A stretch of 64,000 nucleotides of DNA, from contig JBKBPM010000001.1 of the NCBI GenBank assembly GCA_046293175.1, positions 593,408-657,407 of the forward strand. The letters run 5' to 3'. This DNA is from Minisyncoccia bacterium (lineage in GTDB: Bacteria > Patescibacteriota > Minisyncoccia > Phycocordibacterales > UBA918). Below, piece after piece: positions 56,895-64,000 of the stretch. Within the stretch, counting starts at the first letter, position 1; the number at the start of each line of letters is the position of its first letter. A program made the translations under genes and the position numbers. A model generated the notes under the pieces. The model was not told the origin of the DNA. It saw nothing but the letters and a program-made list of their open reading frames with translations, and did not search any database.

Positions 56895-57493
56895 AGATCA
56901 AGAGAACGTTGTGTAACCGTACTTTGGAGCGTAAATGTCTTGCCACTATCGGTGGTACTTGATTGGGCTTCAAGTAGAATTGAGACGGTTGGTTGAACTA
57001 CATCAGTACTGGTACCAAGTGGACTTGCCCCAGTGACCACAAAACGAGCGTTCGTAATACGGACATCGTTCGTCACGATTGGTTCAGCGGGATTGGCGCC
57101 AACTTTACGCCAGAGCGTGTTGCCGCTAAAGTAATAGGCAATACGCTTTGCGCCCACACCTCCCGTGATACTCTCACCCGCTTCACGGAAGGAGAAACCA
57201 CTATCTCCGGTAATACAGTTGCGCACAGCTGTGAGGCTGTTGTATACCGCACTACTACTCACCTGAGTAGGTGTATCGCAGTAGTACTCACTACCGGTGC
57301 GAATTTCACGGGTGATACTATCAAGCGCAAAGGAGAGTGTGGTAAGCGACGTCTGCTCACCAACTACTCGCGAGTTACCTGAAATGAGCACCAAGAGTGT
57401 TCCTACTGACATTGTTGCCACAATCGTAAAGAGCGCAAGCGATACAAGCATCTCAACGAGTGTAAAACCGTGTGTCGTGCGAGAGAGGTACAT
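56891..57493 (-). CDS. Minor pilin (prepilin-type N-terminus)
   Basis: THGFTLVEMLVSLALFTIV. Confidence 0.65.
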   Translation of the reverse strand: MYLSRTTHGFTLVEMLVSLALFTIVATMSVGTLLVLISGNSRVVGEQTSLTTLSFALDSITREIRTGSEYYCDTPTQVSSSAVYNSLTAVRNCITGDSGFSFREAGESITGGVGAKRIAYYFSGNTLWRKVGANPAEPIVTNDVRITNARFVVTGASPLGTSTDVVQPTVSILLEAQSSTTDSGKTFTLQSTVTQRSLDL

Positions 57494-57497
57494 ACGA

Positions 57498-58076
57498 TTA
57501 ATAGGTTACCACACTTATTTGGCCAGTATTGCTCACTTCGACTCGGCGTACCGTACCAACGTCAGTCCCAGTAATATTAGTACGAGCAATGTCGACGTAG
57601 GCTACATTATCAACTTGCTCCACGCCACTACTGTTATAGTACTTAGCATCAAAGTTTGGTCGCTCAAACAAAATAACCATCTCGCTGTGTGGGGTCGTAT
57701 CAACAAATGTCTCACGAATCTCAAACCGAGTATCGAGCTTCCCGGTGAGACCAATTTGCTCACCATTGTCATAACGACCGTCATTGTCACTATCACGAAA
57801 CAGAATATACTGATGTTGGGTAGCTCCACCGGTATTAAAATAAATACCGTAGCGCCGCACCGACTCATCACCACCACTCACCGCAAGCAGTTGCGCTTCA
57901 CGTAACGCAAAAGCCACTTCGTAGGCTTGGTTACGGAGCAAAACCGCTCCGTTAAATGATGATTGCCGAGTAATGATGACCGCCGAGACAAGCGCCATAA
58001 TACTAATCGAGACCATGAGCTCAACCAGTCCAAAACCACGACTTTGCGCTGCCAAACATTTAGACTGGTAATACAT
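57498..58076 (-). CDS. GspH/FimT-like pseudopilin
   Basis: SRGFGLVELMVSISIMALV. An internal start was chosen. Confidence 0.6.
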   Translation of the reverse strand: MYYQSKCLAAQSRGFGLVELMVSISIMALVSAVIITRQSSFNGAVLLRNQAYEVAFALREAQLLAVSGGDESVRRYGIYFNTGGATQHQYILFRDSDNDGRYDNGEQIGLTGKLDTRFEIRETFVDTTPHSEMVILFERPNFDAKYYNSSGVEQVDNVAYVDIARTNITGTDVGTVRRVEVSNTGQISVVTY

Positions 58077-58902
58077 ATGAGATAAGACGGAGCACATCAA
58101 CACCAAAGAGGTATACCAAGAGGAAGGCAATGATCAGAAAAGGTGCAAATGGGACTTCGCTTTTAATTGTAAGTGGTGGAGCCAAAAAACGTAAGCTAGA
58201 TTGTCCCCGTTTCTGGCGTATCTTCCCGACGAGAATAAGTAAAAGGCTGATGACTGTCCCAATCCAAAACGAAAGCACAATCATTGAAAATGCACCAACT
58301 AACCCAAGCAGATAGCCAAGTGGTAGTGCGAGCTTCGCATCTCCATAGCCTATCCACCGACCTTTTGAAAGGTACCAGAGTGAAGCAAAAAAACCATAAC
58401 TGAGCGCTCCAGCCACTAATTGCCACACAATACGCATTAGGTCGGGTAGTAACCAATAGTCGAGAAGTGTGATGAAAAATGCCAGCAAGGCGAGGAGCCA
58501 CACAAAAAAGTTTGGTATCACCATGTGGTAAAGGTCATACACTGCGACAACCACCAAGATTGATACAATCATGGCGCCAAAGAGCCAATACCAAGGGGAG
58601 AGCAAAGTTGCCACAAACACAAACAAAAGTCCCGTGGCCAGTTCTACCCAAAAATAGCAACTCGGAATACTGGCACTGCAGGTCCGGCAGCGACCTCGTA
58701 AGGTGAGATACGAAACCAAAGGAAATAATTCGTACCACGATAAATCAGTTTGGCAGGACAAACAGTGCGATGAACCACTCAGTGACTTCCCTGTGTGGAA
58801 ACGATAAATAACGACATTAAGAAAACTGCCGATGATAACCCCAAAGCCAAAAGCCGTTAGTGCTGTGTACCAAAGTGGTAGTGTCATAAGTGCATCAAGC
58901 AT
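58060..58902 (-). CDS. pilD: Prepilin peptidase (A24 family) PilD
   Basis: Tetracysteine motif CLSCQT…CRTCSASIP and the A24 catalytic region …VAVYDLYHMVIPN…. ORF 58060..59172 with an internal start chosen. Confidence 0.8.
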   Translation of the reverse strand: MLDALMTLPLWYTALTAFGFGVIIGSFLNVVIYRFHTGKSLSGSSHCLSCQTDLSWYELFPLVSYLTLRGRCRTCSASIPSCYFWVELATGLLFVFVATLLSPWYWLFGAMIVSILVVVAVYDLYHMVIPNFFVWLLALLAFFITLLDYWLLPDLMRIVWQLVAGALSYGFFASLWYLSKGRWIGYGDAKLALPLGYLLGLVGAFSMIVLSFWIGTVISLLLILVGKIRQKRGQSSLRFLAPPLTIKSEVPFAPFLIIAFLLVYLFGVDVLRLISYVLPV

Positions 58903-58993
58903 ACTCGTATAGTATACAGGAGGTAGCCGTGGCAGAGAGTACCCCTCTACACAAAAAGCGCTCCCAAGGAGCGCTTTTGTTGCCATATAACAT

Positions 58994-59452
58994 CTATGGA
59001 AGACAAGTGATGTCGTTAGCCCCCAGCACAGCGGTTTGTTCACCACTATAACCTGTACTATCAGCACAGAAGTAACGACCACCGGTGTTGAGCGGTGCAG
59101 ACACTGCCCAACCAGCGGTACCGTTTTCATGGCAGATAACTGTCGAAGCAGTACCGGCGGTAGAAAGTACACTTACTACAGAAGTAGCAGGAGATGAGTT
59201 AGCATCCACCGCCGCAAGTAAACGAGCGAAGTCTGCGTTAGCACACAAGCCACTGTACGTTGACGTAGCAGTGTAGTAGATTTCACCCTGCGCCTTCATA
59301 CTGTTCATACTACCCTTGATTGAAGCGTCGTTTCCTGATGAACGAGCGTTACCAAGTGAAGCAAGAACGGTAGCAGCGAGGATACCGATAATTGCGATCA
59401 CAACGAGGAGCTCGATGAGCGTAAAGCCTCGGTGTGCCATTTTCTTAAACAT
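58994..59452 (-). CDS. pilA: Type IV major pilin PilA
   Basis: [23 protein letters not shown] is the canonical type IVa prepilin N-terminus. A C-terminal Cys pair (C…C) is present. Confidence 0.8.
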   Translation of the reverse strand: MFKKMAHRGFTLIELLVVIAIIGILAATVLASLGNARSSGNDASIKGSMNSMKAQGEIYYTATSTYSGLCANADFARLLAAVDANSSPATSVVSVLSTAGTASTVICHENGTAGWAVSAPLNTGGRYFCADSTGYSGEQTAVLGANDITCLP

Positions 59453-59796
59453 AGTTGTTTAAAACATTAGGTGATTAAAATCGTGAGTATTCAGACATCA
59501 GCTGAATGTCTTAATATCGCACAACTAGGCACGTTGTACGTGACCTACCCCTATTATACGAGTATTGTTTACTATTCGGTCCCACTCAGTGTGGACAAAA
59601 CCAATTTGTCTTCTCGTAAATAACACTCTAAGTTTAGAAGAAATTTTCTCGGCGAGCGTATGCGCCAGATCGCATCTAAACGCAATAAATTGGCTTAGAT
59701 GCTAGATGCGGTAGTAAAATTTTATAAGTCGTACTGGTTGTACGGTGAGTAAAATTTTACGCACCGCTACAACGCAGATAAGTTAATTTCTTGAGT

Positions 59797-61005
59797 TTAG
59801 ACCCCGGCGGTGATGTTATAGATTGGCATCAATACCGAAGCAAGCAACAAGCCCACCCCAAGACCAAGCATTACAATCATCACTGGCTCAATGAGACCAA
59901 TCAGAGTATCAATTGCATTGTTCACTTCCCGACGATAAAAGACTGCCAGCGTACCAAGAATTTCGGAGAGGCTACCAGTTTCTTCACCAACACGAATCAT
60001 CTGTGAAAGTACCGTTGGAATTTCTGGATATTCTGAGATAGCGTCGGCAAATGAACGCCCGGCCTTTACATCTGCAAGAGTGGCTGTAAGGATTTCAAGA
60101 TACACAGCGTTTTCAACCACTTCACTGGTTACCTCAAGAGCTGGCACAATTGAGATACCATTACTAAGCATAGTCGACATATTGTCACAAAGACGGGTCA
60201 AAATAAGTTTACGTTTGAGATCACCAACATACGGCACACTAAGAACAAATTCATCAATTGCCCGAGCGCCGACTGGCGACTTAATAAACTGCCACATACC
60301 AATGATAGCAACACTAATGAAAATGAAGATAACTCCAACCCAGTCCACCAAAAAGTTAGAGAAGCCAATCACAATTTTGGTATAGATTGGTAGTTCACTT
60401 CCGGAATCAACCAAAATTTGAGCTACTTTTGGAATGACAAGAGTAAGCATTAAAATCATCACAACACAAAAGACCGTGATAACAAAAGCTGGGTAGATAA
60501 GCGCATTTCGAGCCTTTGTGGCAATTTCGTATGATCGGTCAAGGTAGTCGGCTAGGTAACTAAAAGACTTATCAAGTGACCCAGACTCTTCCCCGGCGCG
60601 CACGAGGTTGACGTAAAAGTTTGAGAAGACGCCTGGATGGGCAGCTAGCGCTCGAGAGATCGAACTACCACCCTGCAGGTCATCCACAATACGGTTGAGG
60701 ACATTCTGCAGCATTGGGTTTTCAACTTCGGCTGAAAGAAGACGGAAGATTCGTAGCGGTGATACATGCGCTTGAAATAGGGTGGAAATCTGACGGGAAA
60801 GAATCACCACTTCTTTGGCCTTGATGGTCTTAAAGAGACTGAGTTCTATATCAAAGAGACTCTTTTTGTCCTCTACCGGATCAATAGTGATGATTGTATA
60901 CCCTCGCTTTTGGACAACGGTAATTGCCGCATCAATATTTGATGCTTCGACCTTACCCTCACGCTGGGTATTACTACTATCAATGGCTTTGTATGCAAAT
61001 AACAT
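59797..61005 (-). CDS. pilC: PilC/GspF-family platform protein (copy 2)
   Basis: Two T2SSF domains across 402 aa. Confidence 0.85.
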   Translation of the reverse strand: MLFAYKAIDSSNTQREGKVEASNIDAAITVVQKRGYTIITIDPVEDKKSLFDIELSLFKTIKAKEVVILSRQISTLFQAHVSPLRIFRLLSAEVENPMLQNVLNRIVDDLQGGSSISRALAAHPGVFSNFYVNLVRAGEESGSLDKSFSYLADYLDRSYEIATKARNALIYPAFVITVFCVVMILMLTLVIPKVAQILVDSGSELPIYTKIVIGFSNFLVDWVGVIFIFISVAIIGMWQFIKSPVGARAIDEFVLSVPYVGDLKRKLILTRLCDNMSTMLSNGISIVPALEVTSEVVENAVYLEILTATLADVKAGRSFADAISEYPEIPTVLSQMIRVGEETGSLSEILGTLAVFYRREVNNAIDTLIGLIEPVMIVMLGLGVGLLLASVLMPIYNITAGV

Positions 61006-61007
61006 AA

Positions 61008-62099
61008 TTAGATAAGCCGCTCAAGGCCTTTTGGATTAGATGAGTGGAGAAAAGCATTTTCGACCGTAATCTCCCCTTTTTGTACCAGCTGAGCAAGCAC
61101 TCGATTCATGTCAATCATACCGTGCTCCAGGCCCGTTTCAATCACCGAGTAGATTTCGTGGACGCGACGTTCACGAATCAAGTTCGAGACGGCCGTGTTG
61201 TTCACCATCAGCTCGTAGGCCGGCACAAGTCCACCAGCAATGCGCGGGATGAGTCGTTGTGAGAACACCCCAATAAGCGATGAAGCGAGCTGGGTACGAA
61301 TCTGATCTTGCTGAGCCCCCGGGAAGGAGTCAATGATACGGTTAATAGTCTGCGCAGCATCGTTCGTGTGAAGCGTAGCATATACTAAGTGACCAGTTTC
61401 AGCAGCAGTGACCGCAGTCGCAATCGTATCAGGACTACGCATTTCACCAATAAGAATCACGTCGACGTCCTGTCGAAAGACGGCGTGTAAGGCAGTTTCA
61501 AAACTATCAGTATCAATCCCCACTTCACGTTGATCGATTATCGCCTTCTGCGGTGTGTAGATGTATTCAATTGGGTCTTCGATAGTAACAATGTGATCAG
61601 CACGCTTTTGGTTGATACGATTCACCATCGCCGCAAGCGTCGTAGACTTACCTTGACCAACCGGACCAACACACAAGAAGAAGCCTTGGGTTCGCTCGGT
61701 AAAACTATCAAGAATTGGCGGTAGATTGAGTTCTTCGAGACTCAAGATGACATTAGGAATGAGACGAAGCACAATTGATGGACTACCCTTTTGGTGGAAA
61801 GCATTACCACGAAAACGCACTTTGCCAGCTGCTTCATATGAGAAGTCAACTTCTTGGTGGTTTTGTAACCGTTCTAAAAAATCTGGTCGCATCAAAACTT
61901 TAGCAAAAGCGAACACATCGACGTCGGTGAGAATGGGTTTACGCAAAAGTGGAATCAAAGAACCGCTCACTCGAATAGTTGGATGATTACCTACCGACAG
62001 GTGTAAATCGGATCCGTGTTCATTGACCACCGACGCGATTAGGAGTTCGAGCTCTTTTTTATAATCTACTGCCATATATACACTAGCCACCAGTAACAA
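61008..62099 (-). CDS. pilT: Type IV pilus retraction ATPase PilT
   Basis: Walker A GPVGQGKST and PilT-type motifs (…AHLVYATLHTNDAAQTINRI…). Confidence 0.85.
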   Translation of the reverse strand: MLLVASVYMAVDYKKELELLIASVVNEHGSDLHLSVGNHPTIRVSGSLIPLLRKPILTDVDVFAFAKVLMRPDFLERLQNHQEVDFSYEAAGKVRFRGNAFHQKGSPSIVLRLIPNVILSLEELNLPPILDSFTERTQGFFLCVGPVGQGKSTTLAAMVNRINQKRADHIVTIEDPIEYIYTPQKAIIDQREVGIDTDSFETALHAVFRQDVDVILIGEMRSPDTIATAVTAAETGHLVYATLHTNDAAQTINRIIDSFPGAQQDQIRTQLASSLIGVFSQRLIPRIAGGLVPAYELMVNNTAVSNLIRERRVHEIYSVIETGLEHGMIDMNRVLAQLVQKGEITVENAFLHSSNPKGLERLI

Positions 62100-62454
62100 T
62101 TTCTTCTACCCGCTTTACCACCTCACTTGGAATTGACTGAGCTTTGATAATATAGCCAATTGCTCCAGCCGCCTTGGCTTCTTCAATATCTTGATCCTGT
62201 CCTTGGTTTGAGAGCACAATAAACTTGTACTTGCGGTCAGGGTGGATTTTGCCAAGTTCTATCATCATCTCGATACCCGTCATACCCGGCATAATCATAT
62301 CGACAATAACCAAATCAAACGAATCACCTTGTTCAATAATACGAAGTCCGTCCGCTGCGTGAACAGCCGTAGTTACCTCGTGTCCACACTCAACAAACTT
62401 GGTGGCATACATGTCACGCAAAAACGTGTCATCATCGACGAGTAGTATTTTCAT
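62083..62454 (-). CDS. Single-domain response regulator (CheY/PilH-like)
   Basis: MKILLVDDD…, phospho-acceptor Asp in LVIVDMIMPGMTG, and a conserved Lys …YIIKA. Confidence 0.8.
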   Translation of the reverse strand: MKILLVDDDTFLRDMYATKFVECGHEVTTAVHAADGLRIIEQGDSFDLVIVDMIMPGMTGIEMMIELGKIHPDRKYKFIVLSNQGQDQDIEEAKAAGAIGYIIKAQSIPSEVVKRVEEIVTGG

Positions 62455-62457
62455 TAC

Positions 62458-64000
62458 TTATAGTATAGCCTCTCCGGTGGCAGCAGGACTTGGGTTATCG
62501 ACATCTCCGATTGAAGTCGCGTTGATATCCTCAATCCCCACTTTCGTACCGAAGTTATTCATTTCTTCAAACGGAATCTTGTGATTAAGGGCTTTGATCA
62601 TGGCATCTTCTTGCATAGACATAAAGCCATGCTGGCGCGCTTCGTTATATATCTGTTCCTCAGACGCCCCCTTCAATATCATTCTCTGAATAGCTTCATT
62701 AACTTCCAGTACCTCCATAATCGCCACTCGACCCTTCAGTCCTGAAGTACTCCCTGGACTCGCAACCGGATGGAGCATTGTACGGTTTTGCGGGATACGA
62801 TTACGGTATTTTTCAGGCAATGTTTTGAAAGTGTCCTCAATGCGATATTTCATACTCTCATCGAGTGCTTCTTCACGACCAGTACCTGCTTTGATGCGGC
62901 GGGCAAGTCGCTGCGCAATGGCAAGCTTTAAGGTTGGTGCAATAAGGTAAGGGTCAACACCCATATCGATTAGACGTGGTACCACACCGATCGCGTTATT
63001 CGTGTGAATGGTTGATAGTACGAGGTGACCAGTAAGTGCTGCTTGAATGGCGAGTTGTGCTGTCTCTTTATCGCGGATTTCCCCCACCATGATAATGTCT
63101 GGGTCCTGACGGAGAGCCGCACGTAGACCGGTAGCAAATGTATACCCGATTTCTGGTCGTACTTGTGACTGACTTACCCCTTCGATGTCGTATTCAACCG
63201 GATCTTCCAGCGAAAGAACATTTTGCGTCGCCTTATCAAGCTCAGCAAGCATCGCGTAGAGCGTGGTCGATTTACCCGAACCAGTTGGACCAGAAATCAA
63301 GATGATACCGTATGGTTCTTTGAGCATTCGCTTAATAACATCAAGATGGTGTCCATCGACCCCGACATCCTCCAAGGTACGAATACCTTTTTCGTTATCG
63401 AGAATACGCATTACCACCTTTTCACCATGACTCGTTGGCAGTATCGACACACGAAAGTCAATCTTGCGACCATCAAAGGTAGCTGAGAAGCGACCGTCTT
63501 GCGGTTTACGCCGTTCATCGAGACGCATCGATGAGAGAATCTTGATACGGGCTGATACTGCTAGCTGTACATTCTTCGGAAGTTCAAGGCTCGTTTGAAG
63601 CACACCGTCCACCCGAAAACGCACCACTACTTTTTTATCAGTTGGTTCGATATGTATATCTGAGGCATTTCCATCAATTGCGTAGCGCAGGATAGTGGCT
63701 ACAATTTTAGTGACTGGTGCATCCTCCTTCATGTGTTCCATCACATCAGCTGGCTCATCAACATCACCGCCTACAGATTTTTTATCAATAGTGACATCTA
63801 GTTCACCCTCAAGTGAATCAAGAGCGTCATTTACATCAGCTTTAATATTCGCATAAAATGCCTGGGCCTTTTTGATTTCTTCAGGCATCAAGTAGACAAG
63901 CTTGTACGGTAGGTTGTGCTTGGTGCTAATGAAGTTCAAAACCTCACGGAGCTGTAAATCGTCTGGATTATGTACACCAACTAACAGAACACCATTTTCG
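62458..64000 (-). CDS. pilB: Type IV pilus assembly ATPase PilB (full-length type). N-terminus lies beyond the window end.
   Basis: Walker A GPTGSGKSTT and the GspE fold. The reading frame stays open upstream of the TTG at 63939 through to position 64000 (…ENGVLLVGVHNPDDLQLREVLNFISTKH…). Confidence 0.85.
   Translation of the reverse strand, partial: ENGVLLVGVHNPDDLQLREVLNFISTKHNLPYKLVYLMPEEIKKAQAFYANIKADVNDALDSLEGELDVTIDKKSVGGDVDEPADVMEHMKEDAPVTKIVATILRYAIDGNASDIHIEPTDKKVVVRFRVDGVLQTSLELPKNVQLAVSARIKILSSMRLDERRKPQDGRFSATFDGRKIDFRVSILPTSHGEKVVMRILDNEKGIRTLEDVGVDGHHLDVIKRMLKEPYGIILISGPTGSGKSTTLYAMLAELDKATQNVLSLEDPVEYDIEGVSQSQVRPEIGYTFATGLRAALRQDPDIIMVGEIRDKETAQLAIQAALTGHLVLSTIHTNNAIGVVPRLIDMGVDPYLIAPTLKLAIAQRLARRIKAGTGREEALDESMKYRIEDTFKTLPEKYRNRIPQNRTMLHPVASPGSTSGLKGRVAIMEVLEVNEAIQRMILKGASEEQIYNEARQHGFMSMQEDAMIKALNHKIPFEEMNNFGTKVGIEDINATSIGDVDNPSPAATGEAIL

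Overview
This 64 kb window looks like a chromosomal segment from a small-genome bacterium, possibly CPR/Patescibacteria (Saccharibacteria-like). That lineage call is only an inference from gene content: two type IV pilus clusters, many short or truncated housekeeping proteins, and apparently leaderless promoters. Most genes lie on the minus strand. Core genes I recognise are a partial membrane/TPR protein running off the left edge, RNase P RNA (rnpB, absent from the ORF track), SPFH, a ZupT/Zur zinc pair, mgtE, rlmB, mltG, NUDIX, an ECF sigma/anti-sigma pair, pyrG, ftsEX, prfB, gatCA, ligA, and seven tRNAs (Gln; Thr x2; Asp; Met/Ile(CAT) x2, one possibly initiator). The most notable region is a roughly 16.4 kb accessory island (about 26.3-42.7 kb) lying 3' of tRNA-Gln and bracketed by roughly 51-54 bp direct repeats. 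It carries (i) a CBASS-like three-gene operon (cGAS/DncV-like SMODS nucleotidyltransferase, then a SLATT-like 2TM effector, then a small polytopic membrane protein), (ii) a phage-like module without structural genes (ParB-N/DNA methyltransferase fusion, TerS, TerL, large serine recombinase), and (iii) a copper/redox cluster (CopA, His-rich mini-protein, cupredoxin, multicopper oxidase, YVTN beta-propeller, DsbA-like). Other items worth a second look: a Met-rich thioredoxin plus a CcdA-MsrA-MsrB tri-domain fusion operon behind a perfect 18-bp-arm palindrome; a CarD N-domain fused to a proline-rich/coiled-coil tail next to an IS200 insertion; tRNA-linked long palindromes built from inverted partial tRNA 3' halves with 22-nt hairpin inserts plus a shared conserved core; and 164-bp tandem repeats that each carry a copy of a tRNA 3' end.
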